A stretch of 64,000 nucleotides of DNA from an uncultured Acidobacteriota bacterium (lineage in GTDB: Bacteria > Acidobacteriota > Blastocatellia > RBC074): the NCBI GenBank assembly GCA_963796275.1, contig CAWCKY010000003.1:512001-576000 (forward strand), written 5' to 3'. Of this stretch, positions 50,296 through 61,345 are shown piece after piece (the first letter of the stretch is position 1; the number at the start of each line of letters is the position of its first letter). The position numbers were made by a program, and so were the translations under genes. The notes beneath the pieces were generated by a model. The model had not been told where the DNA came from. It searched no databases and saw only the letters and a list, made by a program, of their open reading frames with translations.

Positions 50296-51537
50296 ATGAG
50301 TTACGTCAAGCGACTGAAGTGTAAAATTTGCAATACGCCTTATCCGGTCGAGCCGCTTTCAATTTGTGAGGAGTGTTTCGGTCCGCTCGAAGTCGATTAT
50401 GACTATGATGCAATAAAAGAGAAGCTTACGCGCGAGGAGATTTCTTCGCGACCGAAAACCTTGTGGCGTTACCGCGAGCTTCTGCCCATCGACGGCGATC
50501 CGACCGTCGGTCTACAAAGCGGGGGCACCCCGCTCGTGCGGGCCCATCGTCTGGCCGAGGCTCTGGGTGTGCGCGAGCTTTACATCAAAAACGACGCGGT
50601 CTCGCATCCGACTTTGTCGTTTAAAGATCGGGTCGTCGCCGTCGCACTCTCGAAAGCCCGTGAGTTCAAATTTGAGGCGGTCGGCTGCGCTTCGACCGGA
50701 AATCTCGCCAACTCGGTCGCGGCCAATGCAGCAGCGGCCGGATTCCCCGCATTTATTCTCATCCCTGATAATCTGGAAAAGAGCAAAGTGATCGGCACAC
50801 AGATATTCGGAGCGAATGTCATCCCGGTCCGCGGCAATTACGATGACGCCAACCGTTTATGCAGCGAGATAGCAGGACGCCACCGCTTCGCCTTCGTTAA
50901 CGTCAATCTGCGTCCGTTTTACGGCGAGGGATCGAAAACATTCGGTTACGAAATTGCTGAGCAGTTGGGCTGGCAAACCCCGGATGCGATCGTCGTCCCG
51001 ATGGCCGGCGGATCGCTGATCACAAAAATCCATAAGGCATTCAATGAGCTGGGCCAATTAGGCCTCATTACACCCGCCGAAACCCGGTTTTATGGCGCTC
51101 AGGCCACGGGTTGCAATCCGATATCAGCCGCGGTCAAAGCCGGGACCCGCGAAATATCTCCCGTCAAACCCAATACGATCGCGAAGTCGCTCGCTATCGG
51201 CAACCCGGCCGATGGTTATTTTGCTACCGGCGTCATCGAGGAGACGGGCGGCTGGTCTGAGGATGCGAGCGATGCGGAGATCATAGAGTCGATTAAATTG
51301 CTGGCCGAAACAGAAGGCATTTTTACGGAGACGGCGGGGGGCACGACGCTCGCCGTGACCAAGAAGTTGCTGGCGCAGGGCCGACTTTCCCCCAAAGATC
51401 GCATAGTCGTCGCGATTACAGGGAATGGTTTGAAGACTCAGGAAGCATTATCGCTTTCGAACCTCGATTCAATTGAACCAAAGCTTTCGGCATTCGAGGA
51501 GCTTCTGGGCGCACGATTGGATGCGCTCGCGGCGTGA
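50296..51537 (+). CDS. thrC: Threonine-synthase-like PLP enzyme, possibly an O-phosphohomoserine sulfhydrylase using a sulfur carrier
   Basis: N-terminal CxxC pair, [11 protein letters not shown] lysine, ASTGNLA, EGSKT, TGNGLK. Confidence 0.85.
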   Translation: MSYVKRLKCKICNTPYPVEPLSICEECFGPLEVDYDYDAIKEKLTREEISSRPKTLWRYRELLPIDGDPTVGLQSGGTPLVRAHRLAEALGVRELYIKNDAVSHPTLSFKDRVVAVALSKAREFKFEAVGCASTGNLANSVAANAAAAGFPAFILIPDNLEKSKVIGTQIFGANVIPVRGNYDDANRLCSEIAGRHRFAFVNVNLRPFYGEGSKTFGYEIAEQLGWQTPDAIVVPMAGGSLITKIHKAFNELGQLGLITPAETRFYGAQATGCNPISAAVKAGTREISPVKPNTIAKSLAIGNPADGYFATGVIEETGGWSEDASDAEIIESIKLLAETEGIFTETAGGTTLAVTKKLLAQGRLSPKDRIVVAITGNGLKTQEALSLSNLDSIEPKLSAFEELLGARLDALAA

Positions 51538-51595
51538 GCAGCCGAATTATCGGTATGATAGGTCTCCAACCTGTCCTACTCGCGGAGAAAAAACT

Positions 51596-51871
51596 ATGTC
51601 TCAAAGAGTGATAATTCCAACTCCATTGCGCCGCTTCACCAATGGTGCGGAAACAATTGAGGTGCAGGGTAAGACGATCGGCGAGATATTCGATCAATTG
51701 GAAGCCAGTTATCCGGGCATTCGCGCTCGCTTGTGCGAGGAGAACGGCGAATTGCGCCGCTTCATTAACGTTTATGTCGACGGCGAAGACATTCGCTTCC
51801 TCGATCGATTGCAGACCAGCGTTGGCGAGAAGGCCGAAGTATCGATTGTTCCGGCGATTGCCGGGGGGTAA
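51596..51871 (+). CDS. MoaD/ThiS-family ubiquitin-like sulfur carrier
   Basis: [25 protein letters not shown]-terminal PAIAGG. Confidence 0.93.
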   Translation: MSQRVIIPTPLRRFTNGAETIEVQGKTIGEIFDQLEASYPGIRARLCEENGELRRFINVYVDGEDIRFLDRLQTSVGEKAEVSIVPAIAGG

Positions 51872-51983
51872 TAATCACGATTTTAAAAGGTACATCTAGG
51901 TACATCGAGAGATAGGGGGAGAAAACTATTCGCCCTCTGCTTTTTGATGGCTTTTATTTTTGTATATTCTCGATGCGAACTTC

Positions 51984-52235
51984 TCAGTGCTTGTTCTTTT
52001 TAAACCGCACCGCGCCGAGCACCTCGCTGGTGTGTATCGGAGTCGCTTTATTTAGTACTGTATGATTGAGCATGATTAGCAATTGATCATCGCGGCCGCG
52101 GAAGCGACCGGTGAGAGGCTGATCACCGGTCTGCACTACCACTCCTTCTCTCACCATATTCCAGAATTGCTTCTGTGTGATCCAATACTCCTTTTTATCA
52201 TTGCAGATGATCAGGGCCGTCTTTTTTACTCTCAT
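51984..52235 (-). CDS. Hypothetical 83 aa protein
   Basis: Starts 2 bp after the aroF stop; protein-like composition. Confidence 0.6.
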   Translation of the reverse strand: MRVKKTALIICNDKKEYWITQKQFWNMVREGVVVQTGDQPLTGRFRGRDDQLLIMLNHTVLNKATPIHTSEVLGAVRFKKNKH

Positions 52236-52237
52236 AT

Positions 52238-53278
52238 TTATCGATTTTGGCTGACCTCCTTAATATTTTCTTTTTGACGTAGATCAAAATACGGTTGCAG
52301 GTCATCCATCATTTTAGCGAATTCTTCCAGGCGCAGAGACTGAGGACCGTCGGACCATGCTGTTTCCGGCGTCGGATGAACTTCGATCATCAATCCATCG
52401 GCTCCGACTGCTACTGCAGCCTTGGCAAGCGGGTGGACCAGGCTGCGCTTGCCCGTCGCATGACTCGGATCGACGATCACCGGAAGATGCGTCAATTCAT
52501 TGAGCAATGGTACGGCGGCCAGATCGAGCGTGTTTCGTGTGGCCGTTTCGAACGTACGTATGCCACGTTCGCAGAGTATCACATTGGGATTGCCGTGTGT
52601 GACGATATATTCGGCGGAGAGCAAAAATTCCTTGATCGTCGCCGAGAGCCCACGTTTGAGCATGACGGGCCTCGATATTTCACCGAGTTTTTTCAGGAGG
52701 GCGAAATTTTGCATATTGCGCGCGCCGACCTGCAATATATCGGCATATTCGGCGACCAGCTCAACATCCTCAGTGTCGAGCACTTCAGTTATCACCTTCA
52801 ACCCCGTACGCCTGCTCGCCTCGGCTAATAGTTTCAGCCCTTCTTCGGCGAGACCTTGAAAGTCGTAAGGTGAGGTGCGCGGTTTGTACGCACCGCCGCG
52901 CAATATCTGCGCGCCCGCAGCCGCTACGGCATCCGCGGTTTTGATCAACTGGTCGTAGCCTTCGACCGAGCAGGGGCCGGCCATGACGACGAAACCGCCA
53001 TCGCCGATAATGACGTTATCAATGGGGACCGGCGATTTCTGTTTCTTCACCTCTCTGCTGACCAGCTTGAACGGCTGCAGGATGGGAAATGCATTCTCGA
53101 CGCCGTCCGCTGATTTTAGGCTTTCGATATGCTCCTTCTTGTCACCCGGGCCCACGGCGGCGATCACGGTTCGTTCTGTGCCACGAATGACGTGCGGGGC
53201 ATAGCCGTACTCACGTATGCGGTCGCAAATATGGTTGATCTGATCATCCGTCGCTTCTGCTTGCATTGCTACGATCAT
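52238..53278 (-). CDS. aroF: DAHP synthase, type I-beta with N-terminal regulatory domain
   Basis: [37 protein letters not shown]. Confidence 0.95.
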   Translation of the reverse strand: MIVAMQAEATDDQINHICDRIREYGYAPHVIRGTERTVIAAVGPGDKKEHIESLKSADGVENAFPILQPFKLVSREVKKQKSPVPIDNVIIGDGGFVVMAGPCSVEGYDQLIKTADAVAAAGAQILRGGAYKPRTSPYDFQGLAEEGLKLLAEASRRTGLKVITEVLDTEDVELVAEYADILQVGARNMQNFALLKKLGEISRPVMLKRGLSATIKEFLLSAEYIVTHGNPNVILCERGIRTFETATRNTLDLAAVPLLNELTHLPVIVDPSHATGKRSLVHPLAKAAVAVGADGLMIEVHPTPETAWSDGPQSLRLEEFAKMMDDLQPYFDLRQKENIKEVSQNR

Positions 53279-53368
53279 ATTCTGTCGTTCCTCCGTATGT
53301 TTTTTAAGTTTCAGATTTTTCAATCGCCGATCGAGACCTAAATGAAACCGAAAATTTTCATCTCTTCT

Positions 53369-54214
53369 CTACTCGTTCTCTGCGGTCATATTTGGCGCTC
53401 GCCGGTAGCATCCTAAGGTTTTGATGTTTGTCGCGAATTCGCCCAGGTGCGCCAGCGCATTGCGGACGCGTGGTTCATCTGTGTGGCCGATGAAGTCCAG
53501 ATAGAAACTGTATTGCCAGGGATAGCCCACCAGAGGCCTGGATTCGATTTTCGTCAGATCGATCTCGCGCAGTGCGAAGACTGCCATCGCGCGAAAGAGC
53601 GATCCTGTGCAGTTCGCCAGAGCGAAGACTATCGATGTTTTGTCGGCATCCGTGGAGACATCACGCCCCGCGCGCGCGAGCAGGAAGAAGCGCGTGTAGT
53701 TTTGCCTGTCGTCTTCTATTCCCGAGATCAGCACGTCTGCGCCGTAGATTCCGGCTGCTTCTGCGCCGGCAATCGCTGCCGATCCTTCCTCCCGCCGCTC
53801 GATGATCATCTTGACGCTTCCCGCCGTGTCATATGCCGCGATGGGCACCATTTCCGGATGTTTATTGAAAAATCGCCGGCACTGCCCCAGCGCAACCAGA
53901 TGTGAGTACACGCGCCGGATTTCATCAAGCTTGGTGCCGGGCGAGACGATCAGATTGTGGACGATCCGTAATTTCGTTTCGCCTACTATCTGCAGATTAT
54001 GTTCGAGCAGGAGGTCATAATTCTGATAGACAGATCCGAAAAGCGAGTTCTCGATCGGCGCTATGCATAAATCACACGACTCATTTTCGACCGCCGCAAA
54101 CATCTCTTCGAACGTCGCATACGGAATTAGATCGATGCTGTAGCCGAGCAGCCTGTGCGCCGCTTCGCCGCTGAATGCTCCGGCTTCTCCCTGAAATGCC
54201 ACTCTCTGTTTCAT
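53369..54214 (-). CDS. pheA: Prephenate dehydratase
   Basis: AFQGEAGAFS, PIENS, NYTRFF, LTKIESRP (ACT domain). Confidence 0.94.
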   Translation of the reverse strand: MKQRVAFQGEAGAFSGEAAHRLLGYSIDLIPYATFEEMFAAVENESCDLCIAPIENSLFGSVYQNYDLLLEHNLQIVGETKLRIVHNLIVSPGTKLDEIRRVYSHLVALGQCRRFFNKHPEMVPIAAYDTAGSVKMIIERREEGSAAIAGAEAAGIYGADVLISGIEDDRQNYTRFFLLARAGRDVSTDADKTSIVFALANCTGSLFRAMAVFALREIDLTKIESRPLVGYPWQYSFYLDFIGHTDEPRVRNALAHLGEFATNIKTLGCYRRAPNMTAENE

Positions 54215-54229
54215 CGCAATCATTACCTC

Positions 54230-54275
54230 AAAAAAAGCGAAAGGCCCCTCGTTCGTATCCAACGAGGGGCCTTTC
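54230..54275 (-). terminator. Attenuator terminator upstream of pheA
   Basis: GAAAGGCCCCTCGTT...AACGAGGGGCCTTTC followed by GCTTTTTTT on the minus strand. Confidence 0.88.
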
Positions 54276-54303
54276 TGGCGTTCCGTTTGCGCTTGGCTCA
54301 GGC

Positions 54304-54420
54304 TCAGGAACCTCCCACCCCTCTGGAGCTGCTAAAGTAAAAGCCGTATCCAAAGGAGAAGCGCCAAGCAAAGATCCGACCTGTGCGCGAATTAGCGCTG
54401 TAAACGATTTTTTCTCTCAT
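54304..54420 (-). CDS. Aromatic-amino-acid-rich leader peptide (38 aa)
   Basis: MREKIVYSANSRTGRIFAWRFSFGYGFYFSSSRGVGGS*; stop is 28 nt before the terminator. Confidence 0.78.
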   Translation of the reverse strand: MREKIVYSANSRTGRIFAWRFSFGYGFYFSSSRGVGGS

Positions 54421-54457
54421 CACGAGCCGGATCTTCATAAATTTTCTATATAAGTCC

Positions 54458-54530
54458 TCTATATATCAAATACATCAAATATATCAAATATATTAAATAT
54501 ATAAATTATATATATTTATATATTTTTTGA
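54458..54530. repeat. AT-rich 9-bp tandem repeat
   Basis: ATATCAAAT-like units. Confidence 0.6.
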
Positions 54531-54569
54531 TCAGGACGTTTGTCTATTGGAATAACCAAATAGTGGAGC

Positions 54570-54598
54570 ATTATCCGAAATGCCAGCGGAGGAGTCAA
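54570..54598 (-). promoter_or_regulatory. Sigma-70 promoter for the pheA-aroF leader
   Basis: TTGACT-N17-GATAAT on the minus strand. Confidence 0.55.
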
Positions 54599-54681
54599 GA
54601 AAAATTGATAGTTGCCGATTATATTCGGTAGAACCGTCAATATTATTGTCAATCTATATATGAACTATCACCTATCACCCA

Positions 54682-55323
54682 TTATTTGATGGGCATTTTT
54701 TCTCCCAGTACGGTATCGGGCGAGACGAAATTCAAGTTGAAATAAGCCTTGAACTCAGCGGCCAGTTCGCGAAAGCTCTGGAAATCAATCTGTTGTTTCT
54801 GTCCTATATTCCCGGCCACTCCCACGGCGTCGAGTCCGAGTTCATTGGCGATATAAAGGGAGCGCGGCAGATGGTAACTCTGGGAGACGAGCACTACTCG
54901 ATTGAGCCCGAATACCTCTCTTGCTCTTAAACAAGTTTCGTAGGTCGACCGACCTCCGTAATCGATAATGACGTGTTGTGGCGCGACCGCGTGGGTGATC
55001 AGATATTCGTGCATTGCCTTCGGTTCATTGTAGCTCGGATGGCGATTGTCTCCTGAGACCAGTATCCGATCGACCTTCTCCGCGTGGTATAGTTGAATGG
55101 CCGTGTCGACGCGGTCTTTCAGCATCGGTGAGAGGTCGCCGTTGCTATAAACGCTAGCGCCAAAAACGATAGCGACGCGAGGGCGGGGCCATTGACTCGT
55201 ATCAAGATCGGTCATTTTTATTACGATACGTTCATCGTAACCATGCACTTTATAATGAACAAAGGAAAAGCCGAGGGCGAGGATGAAAAAAGGTAAGATG
55301 AGGAGTATGCGCCTGCGCTTCAT
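54682..55323 (-). CDS. SanA/YdcF (DUF218) family protein
   Basis: VFGA, LVSGDN, YNEP, DYGGRSTY, SQSYHLPR. Confidence 0.9.
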   Translation of the reverse strand: MKRRRILLILPFFILALGFSFVHYKVHGYDERIVIKMTDLDTSQWPRPRVAIVFGASVYSNGDLSPMLKDRVDTAIQLYHAEKVDRILVSGDNRHPSYNEPKAMHEYLITHAVAPQHVIIDYGGRSTYETCLRAREVFGLNRVVLVSQSYHLPRSLYIANELGLDAVGVAGNIGQKQQIDFQSFRELAAEFKAYFNLNFVSPDTVLGEKMPIK

Positions 55324-55432
55324 TTATTTGTCACAATACTGTTGTTGAACAACTTCAATTATCAAACTATTTCCAGGTTATACTGTCAAGTTGGTCGACC
55401 GGGAAAGTTAGCGCGGCATCCGCATAATATGG

Positions 55433-55462
55433 TTGACACCTCCCGACAGTGCAACATATAAT
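55433..55462 (+). promoter_or_regulatory. Sigma-70 promoter for rplU-rpmA
   Basis: TTGACA-N18-TATAAT. Confidence 0.75.
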
Positions 55463-55505
55463 CTCCAACTTTCTATTCAATTGGATCACAGGAGGTACCA
55501 CAATA

Positions 55506-55820
55506 GTGGCGTATGCAATAATCCGCACAGGCGGAAAGCAATTTAGGGTAAGTCCCGGTGATGTGGTCCGGATTCCGACGTTGGCAGATAAGAGTGCCGG
55601 CGATTTGGTTCAGTTCACCGAGGTTCTCGCAGCTGGGGATGACAACGGAGTACGAATCGGTTCGCCAACATTGGTCGGAGTACTGGTCACTGGCAAGGTC
55701 ATCAAAAATGGCCGCGGGCCGAAGATAATCGTCTTCAAATTCAAACGACGCAAACAATACAAGCGTAAGCAGGGGCACCGGCAGGCCTATACGGCAGTTA
55801 AGATCGAAGGGATATCCTGA
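55506..55820 (+). CDS. rplU: 50S ribosomal protein L21
   Basis: [17 protein letters not shown]; AGGAGG RBS, GTG start. Confidence 0.96.
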   Translation: MAYAIIRTGGKQFRVSPGDVVRIPTLADKSAGDLVQFTEVLAAGDDNGVRIGSPTLVGVLVTGKVIKNGRGPKIIVFKFKRRKQYKRKQGHRQAYTAVKIEGIS

Positions 55821-55823
55821 AGT

Positions 55824-56081
55824 ATGGCACATAAAAAAGGGGTAGGCAGTTCACGCAACGGGCGCGATTCATCCGCACAGAGACTGGGCGTCAAGAGATT
55901 CGGCGGCCAATCGGTCACGGGTGGTTCTATCATCGTTCGCCAGCGCGGGACGCGCATAAAACCCGGGAATAATGTCGGTCTGGGAAGCGACGACACGCTT
56001 TATGCCAAGGTCACCGGTGTCGTGAAGTTCGAAGATCGGGGACGTAAAGGGCGTTTCGTCAGTGTTTATCCCCCGGAATAA
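55824..56081 (+). CDS. rpmA: 50S ribosomal protein L27
   Basis: [16 protein letters not shown]...RLGVK. Confidence 0.98.
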   Translation: MAHKKGVGSSRNGRDSSAQRLGVKRFGGQSVTGGSIIVRQRGTRIKPGNNVGLGSDDTLYAKVTGVVKFEDRGRKGRFVSVYPPE

Positions 56082-56155
56082 TTTTCAGTTTTTAGTTTTT
56101 CAGTTTTCGGTTGAGGTTTTCAAACGGCTTATACTTAAAACAGAAAACTAAAAAC
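56082..56155. repeat. Heptamer inverted intergenic repeat, copy 4
   Basis: ttttcagtttttagtttttcagttttcg ... ttaaaacagaaaactaaaaac. Confidence 0.7.
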
Positions 56156-56162
56156 GATGTAA

Positions 56163-57188
56163 ATGTTCATCGATCGAGCGAAAATTCACGTTAAAGGCGG
56201 AAACGGTGGTAATGGAGTGACGGCCTTTCGGCGTGAAAAGTTTGTGCCGCGTGGCGGCCCTTCGGGTGGCGACGGCGGTCGCGGCGGATCGGTTTACGTC
56301 GAATCAACTGAAGGTCTCAACACCCTGCTCCATTTCCGCTACAACCCCGAACACACCGCCGGACGCGGTAGGCACGGCGAGGGCTCTAAACGGCACGGGG
56401 CGGATGGTGAAAATGTTGTTCTGAAGGTTCCGGTTGGGACGGTGATAGTCGATGAGGAGACCGGCGAAATAGTCCACGATTTCATAACCGCCGGCGATCG
56501 GGTTATTGTCGCCGCGGGCGGTCGTGGAGGTCGCGGGAATGCTCAATTTGCGACTGCTACAAATCGAGCGCCGCGGTATCACGAAGAAGGACATCCCGGT
56601 CAGGACCGCCGGCTTGTCGTTGAGCTAAAGCTGATCGCCGATGTCGGGTTGGTTGGCTTGCCTAATGCGGGCAAATCGACGCTGATATCGCGAATTTCAG
56701 CCGCGCGCCCCAAGGTAGCCGATTATCCGTTTACGACTCTCGAGCCTCATCTAGGCGTTGTTGATCTGGGCGACTACAAAACTATCGTGGTCGCCGACAT
56801 TCCCGGGTTGATAGAAGGCGCGCACGCGGGAGCCGGTCTCGGCGACCGATTTCTGCGTCACATTGAGCGGACCAAGCTGCTCCTTCATCTGATTGACATA
56901 TCCGGGCTCGCTAGCGATCCGGTCGCCGACTACAAGACGATCGCGGTAGAGCTGGAGGCTTACAGTAACGATGTGGCAGGAAAACCGAAGATAGTGGTGG
57001 CGACCAAAGTGGACGCTCTGGATGACAAGGATAATCTGCAAGGACTGAAAGATTTTTGTGAGCGCGAAGGTTTGAGTTGTTATGCGATCTCCGCGGCCAC
57101 TGGCCAGGGCCTGAAAGAGATGCTCGGTGCGGTGGAGCAGCGACTGGAGAAGATAAATCAGGGAGAAGAGGTTCCATTATCAGCATAA
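56163..57188 (+). CDS. obgE: GTPase Obg/CgtA
   Basis: Gly-rich Obg domain, [18 protein letters not shown]. Confidence 0.97.
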   Translation: MFIDRAKIHVKGGNGGNGVTAFRREKFVPRGGPSGGDGGRGGSVYVESTEGLNTLLHFRYNPEHTAGRGRHGEGSKRHGADGENVVLKVPVGTVIVDEETGEIVHDFITAGDRVIVAAGGRGGRGNAQFATATNRAPRYHEEGHPGQDRRLVVELKLIADVGLVGLPNAGKSTLISRISAARPKVADYPFTTLEPHLGVVDLGDYKTIVVADIPGLIEGAHAGAGLGDRFLRHIERTKLLLHLIDISGLASDPVADYKTIAVELEAYSNDVAGKPKIVVATKVDALDDKDNLQGLKDFCEREGLSCYAISAATGQGLKEMLGAVEQRLEKINQGEEVPLSA

Positions 57189-57197
57189 CTGAGCTAG

Positions 57198-57902
57198 ATG
57201 GAAGACCGTACAGATGACATAGTTGATAAACGTCAGCGGGTAGGTGTATTCGGCGGCACATTCGATCCGGTTCACAACGGCCATTATAAGGTGGCCGAAT
57301 CGGTCATGCGGGCATTCGCGATGGAACGCTTGATTTTCGTGCCTGCATATGTGCCACCTCATAAGCGCGGTCAGCCGCTCAGCTCGCCCTATCATCGACT
57401 GGCAATGTTGGTGCTTGCGACATTTGATTCGCCGCGAATGTTCGTTTCTACGGTCGAGCTCGATTCTCCCACGCGACCTTATACTATCGAGACGCTGCAG
57501 AGACTGCAGCTTGAGCGCCCGGAGTGGCGGCTGTTCTTTGTTATGGGAGCCGATTCGTTCAGAGATGTCTCTACCTGGTACGAATATGAGCGGATATTGA
57601 ACGAACATGATGTGATCGTCGCTACGCGGCCAGGATACAGCGATGACGAAAACATCGCCGCAGATATAGCTCGACTTGCTCCGGGATTACAGGCGAGAGT
57701 GATCGACTTGCGTTGCGGTCAGCTTCCATCGGAAGCGCAATTTACGATGCCCCACATCTACTTAACCGATTACGCAGAAGTTGATGTGTCGGCTACAACT
57801 TTGCGTGACATGGCGGCAAATGGAGGAAATATTGACGAGCTGATGCCCCCGGCCGTCGCAGGGTACATCAACAAATACGGCTTATATCTGAATTCGGAAT
57901 GA
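57198..57902 (+). CDS. nadD: Nicotinate-nucleotide adenylyltransferase
   Basis: [24 protein letters not shown]. Confidence 0.95.
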   Translation: MEDRTDDIVDKRQRVGVFGGTFDPVHNGHYKVAESVMRAFAMERLIFVPAYVPPHKRGQPLSSPYHRLAMLVLATFDSPRMFVSTVELDSPTRPYTIETLQRLQLERPEWRLFFVMGADSFRDVSTWYEYERILNEHDVIVATRPGYSDDENIAADIARLAPGLQARVIDLRCGQLPSEAQFTMPHIYLTDYAEVDVSATTLRDMAANGGNIDELMPPAVAGYINKYGLYLNSE

Positions 57903-58300
57903 CAAAAGTCTTAAAAGAAGAGTTGGAGCAGACCAACACCCAGGCACTTTCGCAGGTAGATCAGGAAATATTCGATCAGGTGAAAAGTGCGGTGGGAGCC
58001 GCAGATGAAAAGAAGGCTCAGAATATGCTTGTGCTTCGCCTGGCAGCGATCACGGAGTTTACTGATTATTTTTTCATCTGCACGGGTAATTCATCGCGAC
58101 AGACGCAAGCCATTGCGGATGAGATAGTCGAGCGTTTGAAAAAAAGCGGTGTGCGATCCTTGAATATTGAGGGGTACAAAACTGCCGAATGGATCCTGAT
58201 CGATTTCGGCGCGTTTGTCGTTCACATCTTCACCGAAGAGTCGCGTCGTTTTTACGATCTCGAAAGACTATGGCGCGACGCAGAAAGGGTTGAAATTTAA
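57899..58300 (+). CDS. rsfS: Ribosome silencing factor
   Basis: WILIDFG..VVHIF...[10 protein letters not shown]. Confidence 0.95.
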   Translation: MTKVLKEELEQTNTQALSQVDQEIFDQVKSAVGAADEKKAQNMLVLRLAAITEFTDYFFICTGNSSRQTQAIADEIVERLKKSGVRSLNIEGYKTAEWILIDFGAFVVHIFTEESRRFYDLERLWRDAERVEI

Positions 58301-58437
58301 TTATGGAGTTCGATGGCGGATGAAGATTCACCGCGAGAACACGGATATCGCACAAGATAGCGGAAGCTTCGTACTTTGTGATAGCTGTCTATCTCGGGGT
58401 TTTTACCCGCAATCCACCCTCCGCATTCCGCGATCAA

Positions 58438-58905
58438 ATGCATCTGCACTTTGTCTGGATCGGAAAAACGAAAGACCCCAATTGCCGGGCGTTGATTGAA
58501 GATTATCTGGAACGGATCAAACGGTTCGTTCGTGTCGATGTGAGTCAATTGAAGGAACAGGCGAGCGGCGCGGATGAAGCGCGCGTTATCGCGGCGGAAG
58601 GTGCGAAGATCCTTGAGAATATCGAGCGTGACGATTTCGTCATACTGTTGGATGAGCTGGGCCGAGGGTTCGCATCGCAGGAATTTGCGGAACTACTCAT
58701 TACCAGGCAGAACGCGGGCACGAAGCGGCTGGTTATGGTGATCGGCGGCTTTGCCGGCGTCAGCGATGGAGTGAAACGACGCGCAAACCTGCAGATGGCG
58801 CTCTCGCGGATGACATTCACGCATGAGTTGGCGCGCGTAATTTTGACCGAGCAGGTTTATCGCGCCTTAACTTTGTCGGCAGGACTGCCATATCACAAGT
58901 TTTAA
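58438..58905 (+). CDS. rlmH: 23S rRNA m3Psi1915 methyltransferase
   Basis: [29 protein letters not shown]. Confidence 0.94.
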   Translation: MHLHFVWIGKTKDPNCRALIEDYLERIKRFVRVDVSQLKEQASGADEARVIAAEGAKILENIERDDFVILLDELGRGFASQEFAELLITRQNAGTKRLVMVIGGFAGVSDGVKRRANLQMALSRMTFTHELARVILTEQVYRALTLSAGLPYHKF

Positions 58906-59009
58906 TCCCCCCCGGGACGAGTGAAGCGTGGCAAGTGACTTGACCTACTTCAACATTCGTCCCGTAAATTTGTCACTTGTCGCTAAATTTTGCTTGAGGG
59001 GAAGATTGG

Positions 59010-59375
59010 ATGGACAAAAAGAAATTAAAAAACTATCGCGACCGTTTGGTAGAGGAGCGTTCGTCCCTGCTCGGCGTTGTCGGGCGTAACGAAGATTATG
59101 GGCGCGAGGCCGACATAGAGGCCACTCAAGACCCAGCAGATAAGGCATCGAATTCTTATACGAAGGAGCTGCTCTTCAGCCAATCTACCAATGACCGAAT
59201 TATCCTCAACCAGATTGAAGAAGCACTTCGGCGCATCGACGATGAAGAATTCGGTGTCTGCACCAATTGCGGCAATGATATCCTGCCCAAACGCCTGGAA
59301 GCTTTGCCATGGGTTCGCTATTGCATAAAGTGTCAGGACCTGCTTGAACGAGGCCTATTGAACGAAGAGGAATAG
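59010..59375 (+). CDS. dksA: DksA/TraR C4-type zinc-finger protein
   Basis: DPADKA coiled-coil tip (DxxDxA), CTNC...CIKC. Confidence 0.88.
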   Translation: MDKKKLKNYRDRLVEERSSLLGVVGRNEDYGREADIEATQDPADKASNSYTKELLFSQSTNDRIILNQIEEALRRIDDEEFGVCTNCGNDILPKRLEALPWVRYCIKCQDLLERGLLNEEE

Positions 59376-59388
59376 TTCTCACTCCAAT

Positions 59389-59480
59389 GAATTCAAGTTT
59401 ATCCAATTTGCAATTCGTTCATGATTCCCAATGAATAGCAAAATCGATGAGTGATTTGAAAATTGGATAAACTCGAATTT
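59389..59480. terminator. Long imperfect inverted repeat between convergent genes
   Basis: agtttatccaatttgcaattcgttcat ... atgagtgatttgaaaattggataaact. Confidence 0.6.
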
Positions 59481-59486
59481 TTATTC

Positions 59487-60029
59487 TTATTTCTTCTGCA
59501 ACTCAGCCAGCGCCGCCAGCACCTCCTCGCTGTGCTTATCAACTTTGACTGATGGGAATACTCGCGCAACCTTTCCTTCCGGGTCGATAAGGAATGTATT
59601 CCGCGCTGAGAGTTTATTGCCATTGTATTCTCGCACCGAACCGTAATTGGACGAGACGCTGGCATCGGTATCTGCAAGCAGTTTGAAGGCGAGTCCTTCC
59701 TTAGCACAGAAGTTCTTGTGTGAGTCGACCGGGTCAACGCTCACTCCGAGAATTACCGCATTGGCCTTTTCATAGGACGACAGGTCACGCTGGAAGTTAC
59801 GAGCTTGAATTGTGCACCCGGAAGTGAAGTCTTTCGGATAAAAATACAAGACTACCCACTTACCGCGATAATCCTTCAAACTGACTTCCTTGCCTTCGTC
59901 GTTCTTGAGTTTGAATTCGGGCGCCGCCTTGCCTACCTCGGGCATCTCAACCAGGGCGAGACCAAAATTGGGAATCGCCGTCAGAACGGCCAAAGCAATT
60001 AGCGTTATTGTTAGACGAATTTTGACCAT
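59487..60029 (-). CDS. bcp: BCP/PrxQ peroxiredoxin with signal peptide
   Basis: YFYPKDFTSGCT, GVSVD, RNTFLIDPEG. Confidence 0.92.
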   Translation of the reverse strand: MVKIRLTITLIALAVLTAIPNFGLALVEMPEVGKAAPEFKLKNDEGKEVSLKDYRGKWVVLYFYPKDFTSGCTIQARNFQRDLSSYEKANAVILGVSVDPVDSHKNFCAKEGLAFKLLADTDASVSSNYGSVREYNGNKLSARNTFLIDPEGKVARVFPSVKVDKHSEEVLAALAELQKK

Positions 60030-60239
60030 ATGTTAAATTATCCTCTAATTTGAATTGGTTGATGGGGGAAAGCTGTCGAGTGACGTTATTTCGTCGCTGC
60101 TTCATACTATCACTTTTACTATTACGATGCAGGGCGGTTTATCGTTTCGCCAATAGTTCGCTCATTTTTGAGGGATTTCGGTGGGAATTGTCAGCGACGG
60201 TAGATTTTCGCTTTTTTTTCTTCGCGCCTTCGCATCGGT

Positions 60240-61340
60240 TCACCGTTCCACGCGCGCGCTACCGCCTTTCATAACTCGTTCAACCTCGGTCAGGGTCGCC
60301 ATAGACGTATCGCCGGGGGTTGTCATGGCAAGGGCCCCGTGTGCTGCGCCGTACTCTACGGCGCGCTGCGGTCCCTGATTGGTCAGAAAGCCGTAGATCA
60401 ACCCAGATGCAAATGAATCTCCGCCGCCGACACGGTCATATATCTCAAGGTCCTCGCGCGGCGCGGCCTGATAGAGCCGGCCATCGTAATAACAGACCGC
60501 GCCCCAATCGTTAATCGTCGCGGTCTTCGCGCTGCGCAAGGTCGTCGCTACGGCTGTGAGATTCGGATAATCGCCTATAACGCGCTCGATCATCTTCTGG
60601 AAATTGCTCACATCGAGGTTTGATATGTGTTCGTCCAATCCTTCGACAACAAAACCGAGTGCGGCTGTGAAATCCTCTTCGTTGCCGAGCATGACATCGA
60701 TCAACGGCGCGAGACTACGATTGACTCCTCTCGCTCGCTCCTGACCGCCGATCGATCTCCATAATGAATCACGGTAATTCAGATCGTAAGAGATGATCGT
60801 GTCGTGTCTTCTGGCCATCTCCATTGCTTCGCGGGCGACGAGCGGAGTCGACTCTGATAATGCACAGAATATTCCGCCGCAATGAAACCATCTCGCTCCC
60901 TCGCGTTTGAAGATTCTCTCCCAATCGATGTCACCGGGTTTGAGTTGCGAGATTGCAGTATTTCCACGATCCGAGCATCCAAGGGCGGCACGCACCCCGA
61001 AGCCGCGCTCGGTGAAATTCAATCCGTTACGCACCGTTCGTCCCACTCCGTCGTAATTCACCCATTTGACGTGCGATTGATCGACCCCTCCCTGGAAGAT
61101 CAAATCTTGAACCAGCCGTCCGATCGGATTGTCCGCGAAGGCAGTAACCACGGTGGTCTCCATCCCGAAGCAGCGCTTGAGTCCGCGCGCGACATTATAC
61201 TCACCGCCGCCTTCCCAGACATTAAACGAGCGCGCCGTATGGATGCGCCCATCGCCCGGATCGAGCCTCAGCATTACTTCGCCGAGAGCGACCATGTCCC
61301 ATCTGCACTGATCTTTCGGTTTGATCTTTAAAGTCGCCAT
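60240..61340 (-). CDS. kdgK: 2-keto-3-deoxygluconate kinase (PfkB family)
   Basis: GEVMLRL, GGGEYNVA, DRVGGGDSF; immediately downstream of eda. Confidence 0.85.
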   Translation of the reverse strand: MATLKIKPKDQCRWDMVALGEVMLRLDPGDGRIHTARSFNVWEGGGEYNVARGLKRCFGMETTVVTAFADNPIGRLVQDLIFQGGVDQSHVKWVNYDGVGRTVRNGLNFTERGFGVRAALGCSDRGNTAISQLKPGDIDWERIFKREGARWFHCGGIFCALSESTPLVAREAMEMARRHDTIISYDLNYRDSLWRSIGGQERARGVNRSLAPLIDVMLGNEEDFTAALGFVVEGLDEHISNLDVSNFQKMIERVIGDYPNLTAVATTLRSAKTATINDWGAVCYYDGRLYQAAPREDLEIYDRVGGGDSFASGLIYGFLTNQGPQRAVEYGAAHGALAMTTPGDTSMATLTEVERVMKGGSARVER

Positions 61341-61345
61341 TGTTC

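Noticed and set aside
58438-58950. SCCmec-like insertion site at the rlmH 3' end
   Set aside because: rlmH is followed directly by dksA, with no duplicated 3' end or recombinase.
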